Shown: positions 49,089-59,851 of the stretch, in pieces
Layout of the letters: each line of letters starts with the position of its first letter
Position numbering within the stretch: position 1 is the first letter of the stretch
NCBI GenBank assembly: GCA_963664815.2
Contig: CAXXHB010000003.1
Coordinates: 3,680,001-3,744,000, forward strand
Length of the DNA: 64,000 nt
Origin: Spirochaetota bacterium
GTDB taxonomy: Bacteria > Spirochaetota > UBA4802 > UBA5550
Direction: 5' to 3'
Notes under the pieces: model-generated
Database searches by the model: none
Told to the model about the DNA's origin: nothing
The model's input: the letters and a program-made list of their open reading frames with translations, nothing else
Program-made: the position numbers and the translations under genes

Positions 49089-50525
49089 CTAATCTTTTTT
49101 AATACCTGCAAGTGTTTTCGCGAGATTCTTTTTGCTCTCTACATCATAAGTACTCATAATTGCTATATCTTCCATAATTGGAGAGCCCCCTCCGTGGACA
49201 CCCGCAACCATCAATGCTGTACCTATATCTCCACATAATATATCACTGGCCAGATGATAAGCACGATAATGATTTTCTTCCGAGACACCAGCACGACGTT
49301 TCGTATACTTTCTTACAAAATCACCGACAGCCGGACTATTGTATTCTTTGGTTAATGGTAAGGTTGCAGGAAGCCCTCCAGCAACATCACAAAGAATATC
49401 ATACTCATGATATATATTATGACCTGCATGTCTTCTACCAACATTGGCATAAACAATGTTTGGAACTTGTGTCCCGGATGCAGCTTTTGATGATTTTACG
49501 CTTGCCGCAATTCCAGCTGCAAATACCAGTTCAGCCACACCAATCAATTCAGCAAGCTTCTCTTTAGTATGACCGGTCTTCCCCACTCCATTATAATCAG
49601 CTAAAAGCGCTGTCATACCAGTCATAACATCCCCGATGCCTGGCTTGCACCCTGTATAGCTGTGTCTATGATAAAGAGCAAACATAAGTGCAAGCTCACC
49701 GCCTATATCCGTTTCACCATTAAGAAAAATTCTATCATTTGGAATAAAAACATTATCAAAAACAGTAAAACTCTCAATACTCCCGAGATTATTATAAGGT
49801 GCCTGAATATTGTCTCCATGACGTTTGACTGAAAAATCTTCCCGACCGATAAGGTAAACCCCTTCAGCATCAGCTGGAATTGCAAATGCGATGGCATAAT
49901 CTTTCTCGTCTTTGGTAAGCGCCCTGGTCGGGAAAACAAGCAGTTCATCAGCATATGGTGCCATCGTATTATGGAGCTTGGCGCCTTTCACAACTACACC
50001 GTCTGGCCTTCTCTCGACTACATGAAGATACATATCAGGATCTTCCTGTTCATGAGGTCTTAGACTTCTATCTCCTTTGGCATCTGTCTGTGAAGCTGCA
50101 CCGATCAGATCATTATCCTGGAAAAATTCCAGAAATTTCAGAAAACGTAAATGATAATTGGTGCCATATTTTATATCAGCGTTTTTTGTTGAAACAGAAA
50201 GACCATTCATGGAATCAGCTCCCATACAGCGGTAAACACAGCCACCTGTGATATTGCAGAGTTTTCTTGTCATTTCCTGTTTCAAAAGCAGATCATCTGC
50301 TGATTGATGTATGTGGTTAAAACGATTTATAGGTTTACCTGTAATGTGTGAAGTTGTTGTCATCCATTTACTATATTCCGGATCACTCGCTTTATCGAAT
50401 GTCATTTGTATCGTTTTACTGGCATGGAGCACTTTGGGATGATCTCGCCCGATGCATTCCCCGTCTACATAGATATTCGGTCTCATTTTAGCAATTCTTG
50501 CAAGATACTCTTTTGATGTTATCAT
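49089..50525 (-). CDS. Second, divergent 4-hydroxybutyryl-CoA dehydratase family protein
   Basis: CVYRCMGAD, QTDAKGDR, GAKLH, YHRHSYTGCK and HGGGSP motifs. Confidence 0.82.
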   Translation of the reverse strand: MITSKEYLARIAKMRPNIYVDGECIGRDHPKVLHASKTIQMTFDKASDPEYSKWMTTTSHITGKPINRFNHIHQSADDLLLKQEMTRKLCNITGGCVYRCMGADSMNGLSVSTKNADIKYGTNYHLRFLKFLEFFQDNDLIGAASQTDAKGDRSLRPHEQEDPDMYLHVVERRPDGVVVKGAKLHNTMAPYADELLVFPTRALTKDEKDYAIAFAIPADAEGVYLIGREDFSVKRHGDNIQAPYNNLGSIESFTVFDNVFIPNDRIFLNGETDIGGELALMFALYHRHSYTGCKPGIGDVMTGMTALLADYNGVGKTGHTKEKLAELIGVAELVFAAGIAASVKSSKAASGTQVPNIVYANVGRRHAGHNIYHEYDILCDVAGGLPATLPLTKEYNSPAVGDFVRKYTKRRAGVSEENHYRAYHLASDILCGDIGTALMVAGVHGGGSPIMEDIAIMSTYDVESKKNLAKTLAGIKKD

Positions 50526-50648
50526 TTTTAATCCTCTCTTTTATATTGTAAGATCAATATATATTATTAATGAATGACCATTCACTTTATTATACACTAT
50601 AGTCAACTATTATTTTTTAAATAATTTTCATCAGCATTTTACAACTAT

Positions 50649-51551
50649 TTAAATTTGAAAATCCTGCCTTGTGAATTCCGGATTGGGATAGGTATAAATT
50701 CCTTTTTTAACTTTTCTGCCTAATTTACCCTGCTCCACATAATTTCTGATAAATTCAGCATTTTTAGCCCCTTGGGGGTCTTTTGCTTTTTTTGCTGTAT
50801 TTGCTGTGGCTTTATAGATTGTATCAAGACCGATATTATCCATCATGCCGAACGGTCCCATATTCATATGCGTGACACCCATCCATGCCCTGTCAATATC
50901 CCACGGAACTGAGACTCCATTTGCTGCAAGTGATAATGCCGAATAAAAAAGTGCAGTAAGCATATTATTAAAAACATACCCATTACTCTCCACCTTAAGC
51001 ACAATTGGTGACTGACCTAATCTTTCAGCAAAATTCTTCACTGCCTCAATTGACTCCATTGATGTGCCAGGATGAGGCATAACATCCACAACCTTTGTAA
51101 GAGTAATATCATGGAAATGAAATGCCAGAAATTTATCCGGTCTTCCTGTAGAAGCAGCCAGATCTGACGGAAGTAGCGTTGACGTGTTAGTAGTGAATAT
51201 TGTTTGTGGAGAACAAAGAAGATTGAACTGACTGAATATTTTTCTTTTTAAATCCGGATCTTCAGGAACGTTCTCACTCAGAATATCCGCACCATCAGCA
51301 GCCTCCACAGGATCTGATGTATATGATATATGTTGATATGCCAAATCAGCCTCCGTCCGAGTTATCATTTTCCAGTTTACCATATTATTAAGCATTCTGA
51401 ATATCTTACTCTTTGCACTCTCCAGAATTTCATTATTAATATCATAAATTTTCACCAGACATTCTTTAATTGCAGACTGTATTCCAATCTCCTGCCCCAT
51501 AGTGCCTGCCCCGATAATGAGTACGTTTTTAATACTCTCCCCTTTCATCAA
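50649..51551 (-). CDS. 3-hydroxyacyl-CoA dehydrogenase
   Basis: GAGTMG, TNTSTL, GYVFN and MGPFG motifs. Confidence 0.9.
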   Translation of the reverse strand: MMKGESIKNVLIIGAGTMGQEIGIQSAIKECLVKIYDINNEILESAKSKIFRMLNNMVNWKMITRTEADLAYQHISYTSDPVEAADGADILSENVPEDPDLKRKIFSQFNLLCSPQTIFTTNTSTLLPSDLAASTGRPDKFLAFHFHDITLTKVVDVMPHPGTSMESIEAVKNFAERLGQSPIVLKVESNGYVFNNMLTALFYSALSLAANGVSVPWDIDRAWMGVTHMNMGPFGMMDNIGLDTIYKATANTAKKAKDPQGAKNAEFIRNYVEQGKLGRKVKKGIYTYPNPEFTRQDFQI

Positions 51552-51819
51552 ACCCTCCTTTTTGGTTAATAAATCTTCATTTAATTAGCTGCTATAAACG
51601 ATCAATCTGATTATATATAATGAGACGATCATTTAAATTATAACATTAATGAATGACCATTAACTATTTTCTCCAGCAAAGTCAAGTTTATTTTATGAAA
51701 ATTAACACAACAGCAAATATCGATTTAACCAGCATTTAAATTTGGCACCATACGAAAACTCTACAAAAACAGACATAACTTAAAAACGAAGGAATAAGAA
51801 GCAAAATATAAAACACAAT

Positions 51820-53292
51820 TTATAAAGTACCCCCGGTTCTGCAATTATCACAGTTCCCGCATTCTGAAAGCCCCATTCCGAAATATCGGTATATAGTCTC
51901 CCTTCTGCAATCACTGCTCTTTGCATAATTGACAATATCTATCAGTCTCTGCCTGTCCCTTTCCATTTTTGACCTTACGAATTGCTCGTCAAGCAGGTCA
52001 TCAGGGACCTCTCCAATAAGCTTCAGATTTTTGGCTTCAATGGTTCCCTCTGTTACGCCATACATATCAAAGAGATTGAGCACAGTCTGCAGCCTGTGGT
52101 CATCTCTGTGTTTATGAACAACCTTCTCCTGAATATCCTCATATTCATATGAATTAACATGCTCACCAAGCGAATTGAGAAGAGAATAGACATTCCTGAT
52201 GAATATAATATCGGGATTTTTCCACTGGAGAAAGCTTATCTGCACAGCAAGATCATCCTGCCCATAAAGCAGGATGCACCTTGTTTTTTTACCATCGCGC
52301 CCCCCCCTTCCTATTTCCTGGTAATATGATTCAATGGAATCCGGTATTTCCGCATGGATTATCATTCTTATGTCCGGCTTATCTATCCCCATCCCGAAGG
52401 CATTTGTTGCAAGCATCAACACACTCCCGGCCTCCATAAATTCCTTCTGTATTCTCTTTCTCTTTTCCGGAGCAAGTTTCCCGTGATAAATTATGTATTT
52501 TATCTTTCTCATATCAAGGAACTCCGCAAACCGCTCTATTCCCTTTATCAGATTAAAATATATAACAATAATACCAGGCTCTTCTTTTATCTGCTCGAGA
52601 ATAATATTGTATTTTTCCTCATCGTCAATGACATCAAACACTTCAAGCGAAAGATTTGGTCTGCATATACCCTCATTAAATATTTTAATCTCACCCGCAT
52701 CGATACCAGTCTTCTCTATAATATCCTTCTGCACATGAACAGTTGCTGTTGCAGTGAGAGCAATCGTAACAGGATTGCCGATAATCCTTCTGAATTCTCC
52801 TATTCTTGAGTAATCCGGGCGGAAATCGTTACCCCACTGGCTTACGCAATGAGCTTCATCAAGGGCGAGAAGTGAAATCTCTCTCTGTTTTATTGCATCA
52901 AGGAATCCCTTCTTCCTGAAACGTTCAGGTGAAACATAGAGTAACTTATAATTACCGTTTTTTATCCTGCTATAGCGCTTCTCTCTTTCGCTTTTGCCGA
53001 GGGATGAATTGACAAAGGAAGCATCAATTCCAAGCTTCTTCAGCTGGTCTACCTGGTCCTTCATCAGCGCAATAAGCGGTGAAATTACTATTGTGAGCCC
53101 GTCAAATATCAGGGCCGGAAGCTGGTAACAGAGCGATTTCCCCATTCCTGTGGGCATAAGCACCAGCGAATGTTCCCCATCAAGCGTACGGAGGATCACC
53201 TCCTTCTGTGACGGCCTGAATTCTTCAGCACCGAATGACTCACGGAGAACTCTGTATATTTTCTCTTCATCAGATATCATGTTATGCTCCAT
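51820..53292 (-). CDS. recQ: RecQ family ATP-dependent DNA helicase (short form, no HRDC)
   Basis: MPTGMGKSLCYQLP, DEAHCVSQWG.DFRP, ATNAFGMGIDK, QEIGR.GRDG and CGNCDNC motifs. Confidence 0.9.
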   Translation of the reverse strand: MEHNMISDEEKIYRVLRESFGAEEFRPSQKEVILRTLDGEHSLVLMPTGMGKSLCYQLPALIFDGLTIVISPLIALMKDQVDQLKKLGIDASFVNSSLGKSEREKRYSRIKNGNYKLLYVSPERFRKKGFLDAIKQREISLLALDEAHCVSQWGNDFRPDYSRIGEFRRIIGNPVTIALTATATVHVQKDIIEKTGIDAGEIKIFNEGICRPNLSLEVFDVIDDEEKYNIILEQIKEEPGIIVIYFNLIKGIERFAEFLDMRKIKYIIYHGKLAPEKRKRIQKEFMEAGSVLMLATNAFGMGIDKPDIRMIIHAEIPDSIESYYQEIGRGGRDGKKTRCILLYGQDDLAVQISFLQWKNPDIIFIRNVYSLLNSLGEHVNSYEYEDIQEKVVHKHRDDHRLQTVLNLFDMYGVTEGTIEAKNLKLIGEVPDDLLDEQFVRSKMERDRQRLIDIVNYAKSSDCRRETIYRYFGMGLSECGNCDNCRTGGTL

Positions 53293-53367
53293 AGAATTTG
53301 CAATACTTCAGATAAAAGATATTCATGGAAGCAAAATACTTAAAAAACATAAAAAAAACATATATAC

Positions 53368-53381
53368 TTGACTCAAATCAA
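53368..53381 (+). promoter_or_regulatory. Crp/Fnr-family (HcpR-like) box upstream of hcp
   Basis: TTGAC-tcaa-ATCAA, one mismatch from TTGAT-N4-ATCAA. Confidence 0.6.
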
Positions 53382-53425
53382 GGATATCCACCCGGAAATT
53401 TGTTAATTTATTTTTATCAATAACA

Positions 53426-55069
53426 ATGGAGGATCAGATTATGAGTATGTTCTGTTTTCAATGTCAGGAAACTGCAAAAAATCATGGGTGTGAAATAAAA
53501 GGGGTCTGCGGGAAAGAGGCAGCAACCGCAACACTTCAGGACCTTTTAATATTTAATCTGAAAGGTATAGCTTTTCTTTCGGAAATGAAAATGAAAAACG
53601 GGAAAGATATCACAGGCGCTTCAAAGTTTATTATTGATTCACTCTTTACTACAATAACAAATGCGAATTTTGACAATGAGCGTTTTATTGAGCTTATCGA
53701 CGAATCAATTAAAATAAAAAAAGAACTCCTCTCTTCCGCCGGGAGCTCTCTTCCTGAAGCCGCAACATGGATCAACCAGGAAAACAGTGACCTGTCGATA
53801 AAAGGTTCAGGCGTGGGTGTTCTTTCAACTGAGAATGAAGATGTCAGATCTTTACGGGAATTGCTGATTTATGGCCTTAAAGGTGTAGCAGCATATACTC
53901 ATCACGCTTTTGTTCTCGGATATGAAGATAAGGATGTGTATAATTTTATAGTTGAAGGTATGGCATCAACCCTCAAAGATCTGACAATTGATGAAATGGT
54001 TGCCGTTGTCCTTAAATGCGGAGATACTGCCGTAAAAGCAATGGCGCTGCTCGATAAAGCAAACACTGAGACATATGGCAATCCCGAACTTACAAAGGTT
54101 AATATAGGTGTCAGGGCAAATCCCGGCATTCTCATATCCGGTCACGATCTTAAAGATATGGAGGAGCTTCTGAAGCAGACAGAGAATACCGGAATTGACA
54201 TTTATACTCACAGCGAAATGCTTCCGGCAAATTACTACCCTGCTTTTAAAAAGTACAGCCACTTTGCAGGCAACTATGGAAATGCATGGTGGAAACAGGG
54301 CGAAGAGTTCGATAAATTTAACGGTGCAATTTTAATGACAACAAACTGTATCATCCCCGTGAAGGATACATATAAAGACAGAATATATACAACAGGGATG
54401 GCGGGCTACCCCGGAATAAAGCATATTACCGACAGGAAAGCCGGTGGAGTAAAGGACTTTTCTGAAGTAATAAACAGAGCGAAAAAATGCCCACCCCCTG
54501 TTGAGATAGAAAAGGGTGAAATAACAGGGGGTTTTGCGCACAATCAGGTCTTTGCTCTTGCAGATAAAGTCGTCGAAGCGGTAAAGAGCGGTGCTATAAA
54601 AAGATTTGTTGTAATGGCAGGATGCGACGGAAGAATGAAATCAAGAGAATACTTTACAAATGTGGCAGAGGGGCTCCCGGAGGGAACAGTTATCCTCACC
54701 GCCGGATGCGCAAAATACAGGTATAACAAACTGAATTTAGGAGACATTAACGGAATACCAAGAGTACTTGATGCGGGTCAGTGCAACGACTCCTATTCAC
54801 TTGCACTTATCGCGCTTAAACTAAAGGATATATTCGGGCTCAGCGATGTCAATGAACTTCCTTTATCATTTGATATTGCATGGTATGAACAGAAAGCAGT
54901 AGCTGTTTTGCTTGCTCTGCTTGCTCTCGGATTTAAGGGTATGAGACTGGGGCCCACTCTCCCGGCGTTCCTGTCGCCTAATGTTGCCAGGGTACTGATA
55001 GATAATTTCAATATAAAAGGGACAGGTGAGGTCTCTACAGACATTGATTCAATGATGGCAGGGAAATAA
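53426..55069 (+). CDS. hcp: Hydroxylamine reductase / hybrid cluster protein
   Basis: MFCFQCQET....GC...GVCGK, SGHDL, THSEM, TTNC, GCDG, GQCND and WYEQKA motifs. Confidence 0.96.
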   Translation: MEDQIMSMFCFQCQETAKNHGCEIKGVCGKEAATATLQDLLIFNLKGIAFLSEMKMKNGKDITGASKFIIDSLFTTITNANFDNERFIELIDESIKIKKELLSSAGSSLPEAATWINQENSDLSIKGSGVGVLSTENEDVRSLRELLIYGLKGVAAYTHHAFVLGYEDKDVYNFIVEGMASTLKDLTIDEMVAVVLKCGDTAVKAMALLDKANTETYGNPELTKVNIGVRANPGILISGHDLKDMEELLKQTENTGIDIYTHSEMLPANYYPAFKKYSHFAGNYGNAWWKQGEEFDKFNGAILMTTNCIIPVKDTYKDRIYTTGMAGYPGIKHITDRKAGGVKDFSEVINRAKKCPPPVEIEKGEITGGFAHNQVFALADKVVEAVKSGAIKRFVVMAGCDGRMKSREYFTNVAEGLPEGTVILTAGCAKYRYNKLNLGDINGIPRVLDAGQCNDSYSLALIALKLKDIFGLSDVNELPLSFDIAWYEQKAVAVLLALLALGFKGMRLGPTLPAFLSPNVARVLIDNFNIKGTGEVSTDIDSMMAGK

Positions 55070-55133
55070 TATAAGTATGGGTCGGAGCATTGGATGAAAA
55101 TGTTCTGACCTTTTTCCATATGATTTTATTTGT

Positions 55134-55715
55134 TTATTCTTCACTCCTCTTCTGATTACTTTTCTCCACATACCATCCGGTGGAAACGACTGAGATAATT
55201 CTGTCGGCCATCTGATCGGCGAGACTGTTTATTGCCCTGAATTCGTTCATAACCGGGGGTGTTATTTCCGAGTACACAAAATCGGACTCAATTTTTTTAT
55301 TTTTTATCTTTTCCTCTCCGGTCTGAGTGGATATAAGCCAGACATATGAACAAAGCCGTAATTTTGTAACTTCAACTTCACCCGAAGAATTATATTTCAC
55401 CGCTTCAGAGGAATAATTCCCGAGATCTATTCTTAGCGTCATATCACTTTTTTCCGCTGAATCAACTACTGCAAGTTTTTCACCAAGATTAATTTTTCTT
55501 TTTAAAGATGAATTAAGAGCCTCCGTTAAGGTAATATTTATATTTTCATTCGTTATTTTGTCGATGTATATCCTGTTAACCGCTTCAGGAAGAAAACGGT
55601 TTCCTTTAAAAATCCTGGATATAACAGGAGCATCTTTTTCAGCAGTAGAACAGCTGCAAACGATAACTGATAAAATCAGAAGAATGTGTTTAAATAGTTC
55701 CGGTTTTCTGCACAT
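55134..55715 (-). CDS. lptE: LptE-like lipoprotein
   Basis: Lipobox-like VIVC; LP..V.RIYI....N.......T..L fold pattern. Confidence 0.55.
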   Translation of the reverse strand: MCRKPELFKHILLILSVIVCSCSTAEKDAPVISRIFKGNRFLPEAVNRIYIDKITNENINITLTEALNSSLKRKINLGEKLAVVDSAEKSDMTLRIDLGNYSSEAVKYNSSGEVEVTKLRLCSYVWLISTQTGEEKIKNKKIESDFVYSEITPPVMNEFRAINSLADQMADRIISVVSTGWYVEKSNQKRSEE

Positions 55716-55978
55716 AATTTATACGCCTCATATTAAAACGCATATTCATTAAATATCAATAACAATTCTGCAATGATATAATTTTTTTCCCGTCGATGAC
55801 AGCTGTTAACGATTGGATCAGCTCATTTTCCGTCATTCCCGCGGAGGGGGAGATCCCATAGAATATGTATTATGAGACTCCGGCAGTACAGCCACAACGG
55901 CTGCCTGCATGCACGAAACAGGATGATTGTTTAATGCCTGCTTTCGTTATCACTACGTCCGGAATGCCGGTATATAAA

Positions 55979-56284
55979 TCAGTCGAAGTAATATGGCTGC
56001 ATAAAATATACCGCCAGATAAAGTTTATCCCCTTCAAATATGCATCTTAAAATCTGCCCTGATAATTCTCTTGCATCGGCATCAGGAGTATTAATTTTAA
56101 ATGAAACGTTATCACCAATTTCAATAAATGATGGATGCGCCGGATTTTCAACTTTTAAATACGCACCATAATTGGAAATATTCTCAATTTTACAGAAAAT
56201 TGAATTAACCCTGTGATTTATTATAACATCACCCGGGATAACAAATCTTTCATATTGTCTCTTCTCAATACACATAATCCACAT
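55979..56284 (-). CDS. PilZ domain protein
   Basis: EKRQYER (RxxxR) and NISNYG (D/NxSxxG) motifs. Confidence 0.85.
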   Translation of the reverse strand: MWIMCIEKRQYERFVIPGDVIINHRVNSIFCKIENISNYGAYLKVENPAHPSFIEIGDNVSFKINTPDADARELSGQILRCIFEGDKLYLAVYFMQPYYFD

Positions 56285-56635
56285 CCTTTCAGAAAGGTTT
56301 TTGATCTTATCAGTAATAATTCCAGAATATATATTTCTATTATAGTTAATACATTACCGCTGATTAAGGCGGAGAGATTAAAATACTTTTACTTAAAAAT
56401 AAGAAATAATATTGATTTTAAGCAATTATACTTCCGCTTGTTTCATTAAATATCATCATTTAAAGTGCTGATGTCAAGCAGGGGTTTCAATTTTATTTAA
56501 AAAAACAACCATGATATTTTTTCAATTTTACTGGAACTTCATCCGTTTGACCTGCAGGTCTGCATTAATTATTCTATGAACTTTTTTGTTAAAGAATTAT
56601 TCATATCATACCGATAGATAGATTTAAGGATATAT

Positions 56636-57112
56636 ATGATTTCAACAGACATTCAAATTATCGGGAAATTGACCGCCGGTCGTGTACTCGTAGCAAAAAA
56701 TCATGATGAAGATACTCACAACATCAATAAACAGAAAATTATTGAACAATTGAAAAAACGCGACAGCGATGTCAGGAATCACGAGATGGCACATGGAGCA
56801 AATCCCGAATTAATTACAATCGGCCCGACACAATTTGATTATACTATCGGACCTGACGGTAAGGCTTATGCAACCGGTGGGAAAGTTATACTTTCAACCG
56901 GAAGAGCAAAAACCGATGAGGAAGCCCTTGTAAAAGCCGAGGCATTAAAAAAAGCGTCCATGGCTCCCGGCGAACCTTCATCGCAGGACTTTCAGGCATG
57001 GAATGCCGCAGTCGCTATGGAATCTGAAACAATAAACCGTATATACTCCAAAAATAATAATAAAATAATTAATCCTCTTCTTAAGGGGATAAACTTTAAT
57101 ACCTACTCATAA
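56636..57112 (+). CDS. SprA-related / CJM1_0395-like protein
   Basis: LKKRD..VR.HE.AH, GPDGK.YA.GG.V and AP..PS.QD motifs. Confidence 0.8.
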   Translation: MISTDIQIIGKLTAGRVLVAKNHDEDTHNINKQKIIEQLKKRDSDVRNHEMAHGANPELITIGPTQFDYTIGPDGKAYATGGKVILSTGRAKTDEEALVKAEALKKASMAPGEPSSQDFQAWNAAVAMESETINRIYSKNNNKIINPLLKGINFNTYS

Positions 57113-57126
57113 ATACAGGAACTAAT

Positions 57127-57771
57127 ATGAAAGCAGTAATCATTGGAGCTACAGGCCTTACAGGAAATGCTCTTCTTCTTAAACTATTGACAAAAGACCA
57201 GTTTCCAGACATCACCTGTTTCGTTCGAACAATACCTGACGACAGACAGAAAAGCACAAACTACATACAGACAGATTTTGACATGATCCACTACCAGAAA
57301 TTTAAAGCCGACGTCGCATTCACCTGTCTCGGTACTACCATGAAAAATGCCGGATCAAGAGAAAAATTTTACAGAGTGGATTATTACTACAATCTTATGT
57401 TCGCGGAGGCATGCAAAGAACAGGGGGTTGAAAGATTTGTTCTGATGTCGGCACTCGGCGCCAACAGTAAATCATCAGTATTCTATAACCGGGTTAAAGG
57501 TGAACTTGAAGAAGCCATAATAAAACTTAATTTTAAAAGCCTTACCATTGTCAGACCTTCTCTTTTAGAAGGTCCAAGAATGGAGAACAGGAAGAGCGAA
57601 ATTTTAGCAAAAAAAATGATGAAACTCTTAAATCCACTTCTCATCGGAAGATTTCGCAGATACCGTTCAGTAAACATCGATAATGTTGCAGGTATAATGG
57701 CAGAATCGGCATTATTAAACTATCCCGGCGTGAGAATCATTGAAAATGAGGAAATACTTTCCTGTAAATAA
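57127..57771 (+). CDS. NAD(P)-binding oxidoreductase (YraR/HTATIP2-like)
   Basis: GATGLTG, CLGTT...AGS, SALGA...S..FY.RVKG and RPSLL motifs. Confidence 0.88.
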   Translation: MKAVIIGATGLTGNALLLKLLTKDQFPDITCFVRTIPDDRQKSTNYIQTDFDMIHYQKFKADVAFTCLGTTMKNAGSREKFYRVDYYYNLMFAEACKEQGVERFVLMSALGANSKSSVFYNRVKGELEEAIIKLNFKSLTIVRPSLLEGPRMENRKSEILAKKMMKLLNPLLIGRFRRYRSVNIDNVAGIMAESALLNYPGVRIIENEEILSCK

Positions 57772-57853
57772 CCTGGAAAATAAATTTCCTTTTCCCCCGG
57801 GCAGGTTCTCTCCCCCGTAAACGGGAGAAAGAACGAACCATCACAAAACCATT

Positions 57854-59434
57854 CTAAACACCCGTCCCGTTCATCGGCACCTTTTTCTGACCCGCTTTTT
57901 TCATATTCTCAAGTTTATTAATAGCATCAACAAAAGAGAAAATACCAGCCACCGAGATATCAATACTCATCCCGTTTCCAAAGACTTTAAGTATAGAACC
58001 GTTGTATTCCTCCTCTGCAGTAACAGATACCTCACAGAGAGCATCCGAACCACCTGTTATAGCAACAAGGTTAAAAGCCTTAATATACGCTTTTGTACCT
58101 GTTATCTTTTTAACGGCATTAACACCGGCATCTACACCACCATTACCATTGGCTACTTCAAAAACCTCTTCATTATTATTCTCGTTATCCTTAAGGTTTA
58201 CAAGCGCCATAGGGGGGGAAAAGAGTCCCGTAGATATCTGTATGTTGGAGACAGTATATCTCCACTTCTGATCCATCTTGTGAAGGACTTCACCTATAAT
58301 AGCCACAAGATCTTCTTCAAAAATTTCTTTTTTTCTGTCTGCTATACACTTAAATCTTGTGAAGAATGAATCAATTTCGTCAGGTTTCAGATCATAACCG
58401 AGCTCTTTTAACCTTGAAAGAACAGCATGCCTTCCCGAGTGTTTTCCCAGTACGAGTTTGGATTTGGTTATTCCTACATCTTCAGGCCTCATTATCTCGT
58501 AAGTCATTGCATGTTTCAATACTCCGTCCTGATGAATACCCGATTCATGCGCAAATGCGTTATCACCGACTATCGCCTTATTAGGCTGAACGGAAACACC
58601 AGTGATGTTAACAAGGAGTTTGCTCGAAGGGATGATAAGTTTTGTATTTATATCAGTATGAACATTAAGAATGTCACTTCTTGTCTTTATTGCCATTACC
58701 AGTTCTTCCATGGCGGTATTTCCCGCTCTCTCACCAATACCGTTTACTGTACACTCGACCTGTCTTGCGCCAGCCTGTATTGCTGAAATTGAATTCGCCA
58801 CCGCAAGTCCGAGGTCGTTATGACAATGAACTGCGATTATTGCATTATTGATATTCTTTACATTGTCAAAAAGATATCTGATCAGACTGTAATACTCATT
58901 AGGAACCGTATAACCCACAGTGTCAGGGATATTTACCGTCTTTGCACCATTTTCAATCACTGCCTGAACCATCTCCGCAAGATACTTCCTGTCACTTCTT
59001 GTTGCATCCATTGCTGAAAATTCCACATTATCAGTAAATGTTTTTGCCAACCTGACTGCTTCAACAGCCTGTTTCAGCACTTCATCCCTCGTCTTCTTCA
59101 ACTGGTACTCAATATGGATATCGGAACTTGAAATAAATGTATGAATCCTGGGGTTCACAGCTTTTTCAAGTGCCCTTGCGGCAGATTCAATGTCTTTCGC
59201 CCCGGCCCTTGCAAGTCCTGCCACCTGTACTTTTCTCACTTTTTCAGCAATAAGGCTCACCGCCTCAAAATCTCCATCTGAAATAACAGGAAAACCAGCC
59301 TCAATAATATCCACTCCGAGTCTCTCCAGCTGATCTGCAAAAATAAGTTTTTCTTCAATGTTCATGCTGAATCCCGGGGACTGTTCTCCATCTCTCAGCG
59401 TTGTATCAAAAATATAAATTTTATCTCCATCCAT
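57854..59434 (-). CDS. leuA: 2-isopropylmalate synthase
   Basis: DTTLRDGEQ, HCHNDLG, GERAGN, HESGIHQDG and LGKHSG motifs plus regulatory C-terminal domain. Confidence 0.96.
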   Translation of the reverse strand: MDGDKIYIFDTTLRDGEQSPGFSMNIEEKLIFADQLERLGVDIIEAGFPVISDGDFEAVSLIAEKVRKVQVAGLARAGAKDIESAARALEKAVNPRIHTFISSSDIHIEYQLKKTRDEVLKQAVEAVRLAKTFTDNVEFSAMDATRSDRKYLAEMVQAVIENGAKTVNIPDTVGYTVPNEYYSLIRYLFDNVKNINNAIIAVHCHNDLGLAVANSISAIQAGARQVECTVNGIGERAGNTAMEELVMAIKTRSDILNVHTDINTKLIIPSSKLLVNITGVSVQPNKAIVGDNAFAHESGIHQDGVLKHAMTYEIMRPEDVGITKSKLVLGKHSGRHAVLSRLKELGYDLKPDEIDSFFTRFKCIADRKKEIFEEDLVAIIGEVLHKMDQKWRYTVSNIQISTGLFSPPMALVNLKDNENNNEEVFEVANGNGGVDAGVNAVKKITGTKAYIKAFNLVAITGGSDALCEVSVTAEEEYNGSILKVFGNGMSIDISVAGIFSFVDAINKLENMKKAGQKKVPMNGTGV

Positions 59435-59608
59435 AATTAATCTCCTGATTTATCTTATTTCATAATAACTTAAAAGGCCCCCTGATGGGACAAAACCATA
59501 ATCCCTTCCAAGTCAGGGGATACGACGGCTGTTGTAAAGCATTCATTCTTCTATTCTAAGCCTATACGGGAAACTCATTCCCTTCACCTCCGGACTTATC
59601 CATAAAAT

Positions 59609-59641
59609 AAAAAAGGCCGTCACTTTTTTCGTGACGGCCTT
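59609..59641 (-). terminator. Attenuator terminator upstream of leuA
   Basis: Minus strand aaggccgtcac-loop-gtgacggcctt followed by a T-run. Confidence 0.85.
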
Positions 59642-59668
59642 CTAAGAATTCTTATTTAGCAGTAGACA

Positions 59669-59746
59669 TCACGAAATCACGCCGGCTTTAAGCAGGCTAA
59701 GAAGGAGAAGACCGAGTAATAAACTTTTATGATTTAGTGATTTCAT
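59669..59746 (-). CDS. Leucine-rich attenuator leader peptide (25 aa)
   Basis: Manual translation MKSLNHKSLLLGLLLLSLLKAGVIS* (10 Leu), aagga RBS, immediately before the terminator. Confidence 0.85.
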   Translation of the reverse strand: MKSLNHKSLLLGLLLLSLLKAGVIS

Positions 59747-59851
59747 TTTTATCCTTATATTATCAATTAAATTCTCGGCCGGAAGTTGTCAATAAAAAAT
59801 GGTGTATACTTATTTTTTTTAAATAAAAAATTTATTCCGGGAAATAAATTT

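Noticed and set aside
55830-55972. gtcattcccgcg...ggaatgccgg REP-like inverted segment
   Set aside because: Degenerate single occurrence; too weak to assign
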